From Klebsiella phage vB_KpnM_KB57: 64,000 nt of DNA. A program made the translations under genes and the position numbers. Below the pieces are notes generated by a model that worked only from the letters and a program-made list of their open reading frames with translations, was not told the origin of the DNA and did not search any database. The stretch is from the sequence record NC_028659.1. One strand, given 5' to 3'. Below, piece by piece: positions 37,540 through 47,018 of the stretch; the first letter of the stretch is position 1, and each line of letters starts with the position of its first letter.

Positions 37540-39501
37540 TTATGAAAAAGCTACTGTTTCTATAGGGTAGGTAGCGTAAATCGGTGTTCCTGCCGGAACA
37601 GCGGTTACTATCGCCGGATTTATTGTCACGCGATAAATCCCGCCCGATACGTAAGGCGCTCTAGTCACGACAGTTTTTAAATCTGCCCCATCAACTCCCG
37701 CTCCAGGTATAGTTATTTGGAGGCCTGCTGACTTTGTATTAGTCGCGGCCCAATCTAGACCTGCCGTATTAGCTTCTATGTAATTCTGTCCGGCAGCGGC
37801 TGCCTTGATAGCATCGTTACTGTTCACCAGCGCCCCGCTCTTAGTGACGAGCCAGCCTCCTCCAGCAATAGCGGGATCTGTTGAACTCTTGTAGACACGA
37901 TCGCCCTGAACGAATGGATGGCCTACAGGGAAGGTGGTTCCTGCCGCTAAATATATTCTTCCTGGCTGGACTAATGCCCCCCTTCCTCCGTTGGCGGCAG
38001 AGGATTTGACAATAGGAAAATTGCAACCGCGAACATCCAATATATCTGCATAGATATGGAGTGCTGTACCGTTTGGTGCGTTGTTCTCATCCTGGGAAAT
38101 AACGCCATCAAAAGAACAGGTGATCTGGCTGTTTCTTGTTAATATACCAACCCCTTCACCTGTCGTGTGAGCCATATCAATAGTTAGTGCATTAGCTTTC
38201 AATCCTTTAATACGTAGGTTGCTCATGTAACCTTTGATGAAAGAACCAGCTCCATTTGCTACAACGTTTGAAATATCAATATCCGAGCCAACTGTAGAAC
38301 TGGCCCCGGTGTATATTGATAATCTACCAGACGTGTTGCCATCGCGAATTGTGAAGTTTCTGCATGGTCCTGTATAGGCTCCAGATACGACACCCCAGCT
38401 TGTGGTTATCGCTGGTGTGGTGGCAATATCGACTGGGGTGATAGACCATTGCTCAATAAAAAATTCTCGGCAACCAACAACGGAAATACCAGTCGGAATA
38501 AGGCCGGATGCTGTGTTTATGCTGCTGTCAGGGTATAACTGCACCCCGCGAATAGTAAAATCACGGCTTTTTTCAAGGTGTATTGGCTGACGGCAGCCGA
38601 TGGCGACGACGTTCTCAATCAGAATGTTACTAGCCATGTCTGAATCTGGCGTCTCCAGCGCATAATTTCCAGCACCTGCAATGCCAATACCAATTCCCCA
38701 AAAATCATTAGAGTTCCCCGTCCCTGTGACGCCATTAATGATGACGTTGCGGATTTCTTTCCTCCCCCATGTCTGGACAAGGTTTAGTTCTATAGGGTCG
38801 CCCTTGTGCGCTGTTGCATAGATGTGATTAAGAGAAATGCGAGTAACAGGCGAGCCTGATGCTCCCTGCCCAAGAATCCCATAGTTGTTGTTCGCTAACG
38901 TAAGCCCGTCAATGTCAACCACACCAGGTGAATCCAGAGGGCCGATAAGGATTGCGGCTGTTGCGGTTGAATTCTCCGCGCGAATATTCTTACATACAAA
39001 GTCGCCACCAACATGGCGAACATTGCATTTGCTAAATTTAGCCCTTTCAAGTCTCGCGTTCTTGACCTGAACAACTGTTGCACCAGTACCTATTAAGGTT
39101 CCTCCGAACCATTCAACACCTTCAATACGTAGCGTTTGACCCGATGTAAGGTTATAAACACCATCTGCATTAATCTGGCGTGAAGATGCCGCCGCATCTA
39201 TTACCATTTGGTTCAGGGCGGCTGTAACACTAGGATAAATTCCAGAATTCAAGTAAATTTCGGGTGTAAGATATTGAATGCCGTCTTGTACCGTCCCTCC
39301 TTGCGTAAGACCTGATTTCCCTGCTCCAGTTGGCTGTGCCAGCTCCGCCAGCACTGACTGTTCAACGGCATCTTCAAGATGATTTAAAACTTGAAATAAA
39401 GTTGCCTTCTTTGTATCATCTGGCTGATCAACTACGATTAGGTCATCTTCTGTTAGAGTGTCCGCACTTGGCAACTCTGAAATTTTAACACTCTGTAGCA
39501 T
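37540..39501 (-). CDS. tailspike with right-handed beta-helix body (probable polysaccharide depolymerase)
   Basis: start set at MLQSVKISELPSADTL (ATG 39501 after AGG); long run of short beta-strand repeats (NVVANGAGSF, IRGVQLYPDSS...). Confidence 0.5.
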   Translation of the reverse strand: MLQSVKISELPSADTLTEDDLIVVDQPDDTKKATLFQVLNHLEDAVEQSVLAELAQPTGAGKSGLTQGGTVQDGIQYLTPEIYLNSGIYPSVTAALNQMVIDAAASSRQINADGVYNLTSGQTLRIEGVEWFGGTLIGTGATVVQVKNARLERAKFSKCNVRHVGGDFVCKNIRAENSTATAAILIGPLDSPGVVDIDGLTLANNNYGILGQGASGSPVTRISLNHIYATAHKGDPIELNLVQTWGRKEIRNVIINGVTGTGNSNDFWGIGIGIAGAGNYALETPDSDMASNILIENVVAIGCRQPIHLEKSRDFTIRGVQLYPDSSINTASGLIPTGISVVGCREFFIEQWSITPVDIATTPAITTSWGVVSGAYTGPCRNFTIRDGNTSGRLSIYTGASSTVGSDIDISNVVANGAGSFIKGYMSNLRIKGLKANALTIDMAHTTGEGVGILTRNSQITCSFDGVISQDENNAPNGTALHIYADILDVRGCNFPIVKSSAANGGRGALVQPGRIYLAAGTTFPVGHPFVQGDRVYKSSTDPAIAGGGWLVTKSGALVNSNDAIKAAAAGQNYIEANTAGLDWAATNTKSAGLQITIPGAGVDGADLKTVVTRAPYVSGGIYRVTINPAIVTAVPAGTPIYATYPIETVAFS

Positions 39502-39621
39502 CCTATATTTACCCCTCTTCTTAACATTAGTACATTTTACCACAAAGTTCAAAGATTTAAAAGCACAATGGTCTGCCTTAGGTAGCACAGACCTGAAAGA
39601 AATCTTGAATTGTGATAATTT

Positions 39622-40236
39622 TTATTTTATAGTGTTTATAGCCTTATCGCCTGGGGTAACCACGGGGTCACTTTTTCTGGTCAGAAGGGTCCCTGGTGGT
39701 ACAGGGTTTGCCATATCACCCGCCCAAGTATTCCACCAAGTTGCATCACCAGTCTTAGGTAATCTAAAGTTGATAAGGTAGTATAACTTATTTCCCCAAG
39801 GTATCCAACCCTCATCACCGCAAAGGGTTGTTGTTTCAGGATTTGGCGTCGGGTAGTAGTAATCATCAGCACCCACGAAGGCTATTCTTACAATCTCCTG
39901 CTCTTTTGTTAAGACTTCAAAAAAGGCAGAATAGCTTCTTGTTGTATGGTCCATTACAGACTGGAAATCTGCAATTTCTAAAACATCCGGTTCAAGACGG
40001 GTTATTTCCTTTATCTTATTATCAAGGACCGTCTTCATAACTTTTTTACTTATGTAGGTTCTATATGGAAATCCAAAGGTCTCATCAAAATACCAATCCC
40101 CTGCCCACACATTAAACCTTAGCCATAAGCGCTGTCGTAGACTTACTTGATTGGATTCTATCAACTGAAGACCTGTAGAAACATCAAGATCTCCAGTAAC
40201 AGGGTCCATCAAGAAGTCAGAATAAAGAGTTGCCAT
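39622..40236 (-). CDS. baseplate protein (gp25/W-like region LRQRLWLRFNVWAGDWYFDETFGFP)
   Basis: 204 aa, motif resembling GPW/gp25 family, position next to spike. Confidence 0.4.
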   Translation of the reverse strand: MATLYSDFLMDPVTGDLDVSTGLQLIESNQVSLRQRLWLRFNVWAGDWYFDETFGFPYRTYISKKVMKTVLDNKIKEITRLEPDVLEIADFQSVMDHTTRSYSAFFEVLTKEQEIVRIAFVGADDYYYPTPNPETTTLCGDEGWIPWGNKLYYLINFRLPKTGDATWWNTWAGDMANPVPPGTLLTRKSDPVVTPGDKAINTIK

Positions 40237-40245
40237 CTATTCCCC

Positions 40246-40947
40246 TCATGCATTTGGAGCATCGGTATTGTTCTGACCACCATCATCTGTCCAAGTATAG
40301 TGATGTGTATGGCGAATAAAATAATCATAAAAATCATTCATGTTTACACCCCGCGCAGTAATAATATTGCCATCAGGGGTAACTTGAGCACCATTCATCT
40401 TAATCGTACCACCAGATTCTGCTGTCAGGTTTGCCGCACCATTATCGAACTTGAAATTCCCAGATTGGTCAACCACTAATTTTCCTACTGGCGTCTCCAG
40501 CGTGAAATCACCAGCAGGCGTCATTGAGAAATGCACCTTGTCGTTCCAAAGTTCAACATTGTCTGGATCGATCGTCATGGCATTCCCATCGCTGTGAACA
40601 CCAATTATCGCCCACCCAGGAAACATATTGTGTGTTGTCTGGTCATTATTATCATTCTCATTCCTTTCTGAGAAGCTCAGACCCACAATATCACCAGGTT
40701 TCACAGGAATCGTTAGGCGGGCTTTTCCTCCATTACCTGAAGGCATTGATAGGGGAACATCAAAAACAGAGCCATAGGCATCCACAGTCCCATCTGGGAA
40801 GTTTGTACTCGCAAGGGGCTGAACTGTTGCAGACGGGATGCTATAGTCCACATCAACTACCGTTGCCCTTAGCCCTGTGTGAATATCTCTGGCCTGTTTT
40901 GCAAACCACTGATTAAGTGCTGCATCCATACGGGTTATTGCTGCCAT
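40246..40947 (-). CDS. baseplate central spike (gpV / Mu gp45-like)
   Basis: C-terminal ...FIRHTHHYTWTDDGGQNNTDAPNA resembles the HxH..GG..T apex motif of gpV spikes; start at internal ATG overlapping upstream stop. Confidence 0.5.
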   Translation of the reverse strand: MAAITRMDAALNQWFAKQARDIHTGLRATVVDVDYSIPSATVQPLASTNFPDGTVDAYGSVFDVPLSMPSGNGGKARLTIPVKPGDIVGLSFSERNENDNNDQTTHNMFPGWAIIGVHSDGNAMTIDPDNVELWNDKVHFSMTPAGDFTLETPVGKLVVDQSGNFKFDNGAANLTAESGGTIKMNGAQVTPDGNIITARGVNMNDFYDYFIRHTHHYTWTDDGGQNNTDAPNA

Positions 40948-41936
40948 TAGGCCTCCACAATTCCACCACGGGTTTCTGCAAGTCCTAACTCTGTGATCCA
41001 ATCCCCACCTTCGAGCTGGCCTTTGTGAGTTAAGTATACAACCTTGTAAAAACCTGTGTATTTCTGGCTCTTTAAAAATACAGTTGATTCTGGTATGATT
41101 GCACCATTCATTTCTGTTACCACCACCAACCCCGCGTCCTCTTTTATTTCTGCGGAAGTAGGTACATGAGGCTTAGATGATTTTTTCTTAGACTTGGCCC
41201 TTTTTTCCTTTCTCCTCTTTGCAGGCTCAGGGTTCTGTGGCGTTGGTGAATCATGCATACCAGATTCAGCACTGATCTCAAAAACTGCCCTTTGAAATCT
41301 TTTCCCTTGCGTCGTCCAATATACAGCACCATCTTGAACACTGAAAGTAGATCCTGTATTCTTGGCTAATCTCTCCAAGTTATTTGCGGCGAGGCCCGTA
41401 AAGGACATAGAGTGCTGAAGCGTTTGGTCGCCAAACTTGACGATCTTCCCAATGGGGAGCTTCATATCAGAAGCAAGGTCACTGACTACCGTGTCTATTG
41501 GCGTACCTTTCTTATAAGAGCGAGAGGTCTTTGCCGTTTTAATATTTACTGTTGCATCCCCGAGGATCATCTTTGTCTGACGGGTATTGCCGTCCCACTT
41601 ATCCTGAACAAACTCTACGGTCCCAGAAAAGATAGTCTGATTCTCGCCATCAAACCCGGCCTCAAGAACGATCGCAATGGACTCACGTTGGTTAGCATCG
41701 AGGTAGCTCACCGTCTCATCGGAGAGGTTGTAGATGGTAACATAACCCTTATTAGGCTCCTTCGAATTGTCCTTCTTGACCTCAAACTCGATGTTTGCGG
41801 CACCAGTTTCATTACTGATATAATACGCATCTTTAGCATTCTGGTTGGTATAGTCAGATATATTGGTAGGCTTTTCACCAACATACACTGGTTTACCTAT
41901 CGTTAGCTTATAGGTTCTTGTTCTGTAAGCAGGCAT
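40947..41936 (-). CDS. baseplate hub-associated protein
   Basis: 329 aa, lysine-rich internal segment, between tail proteins and spike. Confidence 0.35.
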   Translation of the reverse strand: MPAYRTRTYKLTIGKPVYVGEKPTNISDYTNQNAKDAYYISNETGAANIEFEVKKDNSKEPNKGYVTIYNLSDETVSYLDANQRESIAIVLEAGFDGENQTIFSGTVEFVQDKWDGNTRQTKMILGDATVNIKTAKTSRSYKKGTPIDTVVSDLASDMKLPIGKIVKFGDQTLQHSMSFTGLAANNLERLAKNTGSTFSVQDGAVYWTTQGKRFQRAVFEISAESGMHDSPTPQNPEPAKRRKEKRAKSKKKSSKPHVPTSAEIKEDAGLVVVTEMNGAIIPESTVFLKSQKYTGFYKVVYLTHKGQLEGGDWITELGLAETRGGIVEA

Positions 41937-41939
41937 TGT

Positions 41940-42293
41940 TTACTCCTCATCGGTAGTTACCTCATCATCAGGAGACGAGTAAAGTAGTTGCAAGTCTGAC
42001 AAAAATCCAATATTGTATCTCCCTACACGTTTAGTGGATTGAGTAAAAGAAAATACTCTCAACTGACCATCGGGGATATTGTCAAGATATTTGAAAGGTG
42101 CAAATATATCAAAAATTGTAGTCAATTTGAAAGATATTGTAGGATCAGAACCAACATCCCCGAAATAGACGAGCCAAGACTCGTCTCTCTCGTTCCATTG
42201 AAAACGCATTTCATAAGTTTGGCTGTCCAGAACCACACGCATCGTCTGATCAGCAAAACCGTCTATGTCCCAAGAAAATGTGATCGCTGCCAT
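41940..42293 (-). CDS. hypothetical tail protein
   Basis: 117 aa ORF in tail block. Confidence 0.3.
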   Translation of the reverse strand: MAAITFSWDIDGFADQTMRVVLDSQTYEMRFQWNERDESWLVYFGDVGSDPTISFKLTTIFDIFAPFKYLDNIPDGQLRVFSFTQSTKRVGRYNIGFLSDLQLLYSSPDDEVTTDEE

Positions 42294-43165
42294 TAGTTAC
42301 CTACCGCTTTATTATAGTCGAGGGTATTTCCATTCAGATCCTTGAGTTTACCGTCCGGCGTCAGTGTTCCAACCACTTGATCTTGCTTGGTATAATCCCC
42401 AATTCCCATATCGTTTGCAACCTTTTGCCAACCATCTTGGTTAGGTCCGGCAAACTTGGTTCTCCTTGCGGTGACTTCTACTTCATCGTCAGTGGCGGAA
42501 GACTGAACAGCGCCTTTCTGTTTTGTTTTTCCGCCTGACTTTTTAGGGTCTGTATACACCGTAGCCAAGGCTGTCTTCCCAAGAGTAAAAGTACGGAACT
42601 CAGTAAACTCAAGTTGAAAAACCAGCGCTGCCCCATCTGAATTGCTGCGGCTTGCTTCCAAAGAAGTAAGGATATAGTTTTCAATGATGCGGTCTTCCGT
42701 TACAAGCGTAACGATTTGGCGATCAGTGATGAGCCTTTCCAAAACCTCCAAGGCCTTTTCTGGGCGGCGGGATTCTACCGGGTTGTTAGGGTCGGTGTCT
42801 TTGTCGATGTAGTTGTTCTCAATCATGTAGAGTGGCGAGCTATTGATTCTCGCACTGAAAGAGAATTTACCATCCTCTATCACACCATGATCACTGTACT
42901 TGACCTTATTCTCTACTGCGTAGGAGGTTTTGTCAACAGTTCTTGTATACGTATGGTCTTCAACGACATCAAATAAAATCGCAATATTGTCCGTATAGTT
43001 TTTATTTTTTAATTCTACATTCCTTCCGCCATTGTTAAGGCCGCTTGCAAATAAAGTATATTGAACTTCACTACTGGCATTCTGAGCCGTAGAGACTTTT
43101 TGCTCAACGTTTGCTGTAGCCTTACCTTGTTGCGGTTTGGACTGGTTGCTTGCTACAACTGCCAT
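42293..43165 (-). CDS. tail/baseplate assembly protein
   Basis: 290 aa, directly downstream of tape measure gene. Confidence 0.35.
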   Translation of the reverse strand: MAVVASNQSKPQQGKATANVEQKVSTAQNASSEVQYTLFASGLNNGGRNVELKNKNYTDNIAILFDVVEDHTYTRTVDKTSYAVENKVKYSDHGVIEDGKFSFSARINSSPLYMIENNYIDKDTDPNNPVESRRPEKALEVLERLITDRQIVTLVTEDRIIENYILTSLEASRSNSDGAALVFQLEFTEFRTFTLGKTALATVYTDPKKSGGKTKQKGAVQSSATDDEVEVTARRTKFAGPNQDGWQKVANDMGIGDYTKQDQVVGTLTPDGKLKDLNGNTLDYNKAVGN

Positions 43166-43221
43166 AAAACCTCCTCAATAAGCTTGTTATGATTTTATCA
43201 TAAATCTTCAAATAAAACAAC

Positions 43222-43241
43222 GAAAAAGGGGCCGAAGCCCC
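43222..43241 (-). terminator. rho-independent terminator (minus strand) downstream of 42293-43165 gene region / before it, just 3' of tape measure
   Basis: GGGGCTTCGGCCCC + TTTTT on minus strand. Confidence 0.55.
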
Positions 43242-43246
43242 TTGTA

Positions 43247-45655
43247 TTAATCTGGGACACCAAGGATTAAATTGATGTTACCCATATTCGATGCTTCGAT
43301 TTGCTGGTCAATCATATCCTTCAGCTCTCCAGCATCCAGTTTGATAGTTATTTCGCCAGAGACAGGCTCGGTAGGAATAACCATCGGAGGGGTAGCAGAA
43401 GACTTACCATTCGCCCCAGGTATCTGATTGTTCAGATAATCCAGGGTTGCCTTATCAGGACCCCAGAGGTTAGAGAACCAGCTTCCTGTTTTTCCACTGA
43501 CAATGCTATCATGCACATTGGAGAACACTTTACCACGCTCTTCGTTGAAGTCGCTGTACGGATTATATCTGTCGTTAAGTTCAGATCCTAAAGTGAACAG
43601 GGACAGCAGTCCACCTAAGGAACCCGCTCCTTTAAAGAACTTACCTACACGAGAGAATCTACCGCCCTTAGCAGGACCAGCTCCACCACCCTCTCCACCT
43701 TTAGGTGTGGCCCCATCGCCTTTACCAAAAACAGCACCAATAGTCTTGATCGCCCCAGCTAGGCCAGCGATCTTAGCTAGGATGTTGAACACCCGGACCA
43801 GGGATGTAGCAAAGAATATAGCACCTATACCCCAACCCACCCAGTTCCATGTCTTAGAAATTTCTTCGCCATTCTTCCTGAACACGGGAACATATCTCTC
43901 TAAGATAGCATTGACCATTATAAAGGCGTTATACAAAGCATAAGGTATCTTCATAAATCCGTCTATGAATCCTGCGACAAACTGACCCACGGCAGCGGCG
44001 AGTGGACCATTAGAATCCAAGATTTTGGCAAGAGTGTTAAATGTCTCTGTCATCTTATCGCCGAAACCAGATTCGAAGATCTTGTTCTGGAAGTTCATCC
44101 AAGTCTGGGTAAGGCGTTGCATAGCAACTCGGTTACCTTGTAAAGCTTTCTGTAGTGCGCCACCCTTGTTAGCAGCTTCTGCGTAGTATTTAGCAACGAA
44201 CGGAAGCACTTTAGCAGCTTTCAGTTCCCCATCCTTCATCATATCCATCAACTTCTCCACGTTGATGGATGAGTCGTTAAAAGCTTCTTGCGATGCCTTC
44301 ACGAACACCTGTAATGATCCGGGGATACCCTCGGCAAGCTGTTGCTTAAGTTCTTCAGACATGATCTGTCCTTTGCCCATCATCTGTTGAATAGCTGTAA
44401 TACCGCGTTGGTATTTTACAGGGTCAACCTGAAGAGCAGTTGCATACTCAGAGAATGACTTGAAGAGTTCGTCGTTTTGTGATTTAGTAAGCACACCGTT
44501 TGCTGCGATAGACATTTGTGTGTAACCCTGCGCAGCTACCTTAAGGTCGAGACCTAAACGATACGCCTGGTTTCTCACAAATTCAATACGCTTACCAGCC
44601 TCTGCGGAGTCATCGGACACCATCAGCATTGTTGCTTCCATACCCTGGAAGAACTGTCCAGTTTTCAGAACGCTTGCAGCGGCATTGAACGCTCCGTATG
44701 CTGCTGTAACACTGATTAATGTGCTGCGTAGATTTCTCAAGCCATCATTCAAAGAAAGAGTATTAGCGCTGGCCTTACGGAGTCCGGTTTCCATAGAGGC
44801 AAGTTCTGCACGGAAATTTGATGCCTTCATGTTCCCGCTCTTCATGTAGCGGTTAACTAAGGAATCATAACCTGGCAATTTCCTTGCATATTTATCACCA
44901 TACTTGGCACGAAGACGAATGTTGGCGTTAGATATTGTGCTAATCTTCGCTTCCCGTGCTCTTGCTCTTCTACCAGCTTCCCGCTCTGCGTCGCGGGCCA
45001 TTTTCTCTCTGGCTTTATTGTCAGCTTTATCCTGCTTGACTTGTTCACGACGCATACGTGCGTGATCACGCTCCATTGCCTTACGTTGTTGTGCTGCAAG
45101 ATGAGGATCGTAAGGTGTTGCATTAGCGTTCAGTATTGGTGAACCACCGCCGCCAGCACCCTTATTTTTCAGACTTGCTTCATATGCTGCCATACGTGCA
45201 GCAGAAATGGAAGGGTTAGTTCCATAAGCACCGTTCTTAGCAGCAAGTTTTTCTTGTTGACGGAGCTGTGCCTTCAGGGCATTATAGTTTGCCTGCGACT
45301 CTGGAGATCGACCAGCAGTTAGTCTGGAGACAGCAGCCTTACGACGTGCCTTTTCAATCTTATCAATGGCTTCACGAGCACGAGCTTCTTTCTTTGCCAT
45401 TGCGATATTGTGAGCTGTGGTCTTAGCCGCCTCTGCACGTTCAGTTTGATTGAGTCTTTTATTAACCATTCTCGCCTGCATGGCGGAACGTTTCAGGGCA
45501 GCAGCAGGGTCGGCCTTAGCAGAAGAAAAAGCCTTCCCGGTCTTTTCCCATTCGGAACGAATTTGCTTTACAGCTTTCAAGGCGCGTCCAAAGGATGTTT
45601 TGTCAACATCCCATGTCACCTTGTTGACTGTGGAAGTCACTATAATATTTGCCAT
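43247..45655 (-). CDS. tail tape measure protein
   Basis: 802 aa, long A/K/E/R-rich coiled-coil N-half, hydrophobic middle, position after frameshifted chaperone. Confidence 0.7.
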   Translation of the reverse strand: MANIIVTSTVNKVTWDVDKTSFGRALKAVKQIRSEWEKTGKAFSSAKADPAAALKRSAMQARMVNKRLNQTERAEAAKTTAHNIAMAKKEARAREAIDKIEKARRKAAVSRLTAGRSPESQANYNALKAQLRQQEKLAAKNGAYGTNPSISAARMAAYEASLKNKGAGGGGSPILNANATPYDPHLAAQQRKAMERDHARMRREQVKQDKADNKAREKMARDAEREAGRRARAREAKISTISNANIRLRAKYGDKYARKLPGYDSLVNRYMKSGNMKASNFRAELASMETGLRKASANTLSLNDGLRNLRSTLISVTAAYGAFNAAASVLKTGQFFQGMEATMLMVSDDSAEAGKRIEFVRNQAYRLGLDLKVAAQGYTQMSIAANGVLTKSQNDELFKSFSEYATALQVDPVKYQRGITAIQQMMGKGQIMSEELKQQLAEGIPGSLQVFVKASQEAFNDSSINVEKLMDMMKDGELKAAKVLPFVAKYYAEAANKGGALQKALQGNRVAMQRLTQTWMNFQNKIFESGFGDKMTETFNTLAKILDSNGPLAAAVGQFVAGFIDGFMKIPYALYNAFIMVNAILERYVPVFRKNGEEISKTWNWVGWGIGAIFFATSLVRVFNILAKIAGLAGAIKTIGAVFGKGDGATPKGGEGGGAGPAKGGRFSRVGKFFKGAGSLGGLLSLFTLGSELNDRYNPYSDFNEERGKVFSNVHDSIVSGKTGSWFSNLWGPDKATLDYLNNQIPGANGKSSATPPMVIPTEPVSGEITIKLDAGELKDMIDQQIEASNMGNINLILGVPD

Positions 45656-45666
45656 AATTTCCTCAA

Positions 45667-45700
45667 TAAAAAAGCCAGGCTCCTGAAAAGGAACCTGGCT
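45667..45700 (-). terminator. hairpin + T-tract between frameshifted chaperone stop and tape measure start (partial terminator/attenuator)
   Basis: AGCCAGGTTCC-TTTTCA-GGAGCCTGGCT + TTTTTTATT on minus strand. Confidence 0.45.
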
Positions 45701-45705
45701 TGAGA

Positions 45706-46092
45706 TTAACCTCTTCTGCCTTTGCTTCGGGGTTTAGCTGCTTCGGCGTCTGCTCTCGATTTCTCTTCTTTCTCATGGACATCGTTGATGAAATCTTCGA
45801 CATCGAGATACTCATTGAGCTTGAGCAAATATTCCATATCGGCAGACTCAAGGGAGATATAAGACTCTCCCTTAAAGTTCTTCAGAGCACGGCACCAGAG
45901 ATAGTCGAACCACGTCAGGGAACTATTTTTTCTTGCATAATCAATAGCTCTTTGGACGACTTTAGAAATTTTGGACGGTGTTACTCCGCTGCCACTTCCG
46001 TCGGTTCCTGATCCACCGTCGCCACTTGGTGAACCATCCCGAAGTTGCCCAGAAGTCCCTGAAGGTCTGCGAAACCGTCTTTCGTGAAAAAA
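45706..46092 (-). CDS. -1 frameshift extension of tail assembly chaperone (gpE'/GT-like), ~250-aa fusion with 45981-46461 product
   Basis: -1 frame open from slippery site 46086-46092 to TAA at 45706-45708, Gly/Ser-rich linker then acidic domain. Confidence 0.4.
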   Translation of the reverse strand, partial: FFHERRFRRPSGTSGQLRDGSPSGDGGSGTDGSGSGVTPSKISKVVQRAIDYARKNSSLTWFDYLWCRALKNFKGESYISLESADMEYLLKLNEYLDVEDFINDVHEKEEKSRADAEAAKPRSKGRRG

Positions 46093-46461
46093 CAGCCGTA
46101 GTTAATCTTCAGAACCTCCGCTACCAATTTGATCAGGTCCAACATCTTATCCTGGAAGACCGTATCAATATCAATCTTGCCAGCCATTCCGTTCACAGAC
46201 ACATCTTCAAGGATGAGTTCGAATAATTTTTCGATATCATCTTGCTCCATCTGCTCAAATAGGTATAGAATTGCGGTAGGTAGTGCTTCAGAGAGGTTAG
46301 ACCCTCCGGTAAACAATGCACCACTAATAGTAGCCATTGGAACTGCGATATAACGACCAATCTTCGGAAGGTTTTTCATAACCTTGGACGGAGACCAGTG
46401 TGTGATTACAAAGTTCTTACCAGCCAGATCGATTTCTGTGGTAGGTCTAAAATTCATCATG
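45981..46461 (-). CDS. tail assembly chaperone (gpE/gpG-like), zero-frame product
   Basis: ATG 46461 after AGGAG; contains slippery T_TTT_TTC in frame. Confidence 0.5.
46086..46092 (-). promoter_or_regulatory. -1 programmed frameshift slippery heptamer T_TTT_TTC in tail assembly chaperone
   Basis: correct phase relative to zero frame; -1 frame stays open ~380 nt. Confidence 0.45.
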
Positions 46462-46541
46462 TGTACGCTCCTGCGTCTTTTAAGGTTGTTATATCCATGC
46501 GTGTTTGAAAAGGCCACATCCTTGTGGCACACGAAACGCTA

Positions 46542-47015
46542 TTAGACGATACCTGCAAGGCCAGCCAGACCGAAGCCTGTAGCGTACAGAGTATCTGGGC
46601 TTAACCATGCGTCCAGGATTCCGATTTCCCAATCCATCTGGCCAACTTCAGTACCGTAGGTCAGGTCAGGCTGTTTCTGAATCCAACCAACTGTGCTCAG
46701 ACCCATACCTTGGGAGCCTTCAAGAAGGACAGGGAAGAAAATCAGGCCAGTGATGGAAGCTTGTTTCTGCCAGTTAGCCAAGTATCCGTTCCATACCGAA
46801 GTGTTCTGTAGAGAGACCGTCAGGACACCAGATTGGTTACGAGACAGCGCTGCTGACAGTTCACCATCAACCCCCATGTGGGGGATGATGTTATCTTCGT
46901 TGCGAGCAACGACGATCTTGGTATCCGCTGCGAACCCAGTGACGCGCTGAGTCATCATATAGAGACGCGCTTTCTGTGGGTCGTAAGCATACGGGGTTAA
47001 AATTCTAGTATCCAT
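46542..47015 (-). CDS. tail tube protein
   Basis: 157 aa directly downstream of sheath gene. Confidence 0.55.
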   Translation of the reverse strand: MDTRILTPYAYDPQKARLYMMTQRVTGFAADTKIVVARNEDNIIPHMGVDGELSAALSRNQSGVLTVSLQNTSVWNGYLANWQKQASITGLIFFPVLLEGSQGMGLSTVGWIQKQPDLTYGTEVGQMDWEIGILDAWLSPDTLYATGFGLAGLAGIV

Positions 47016-47018
47016 TTA

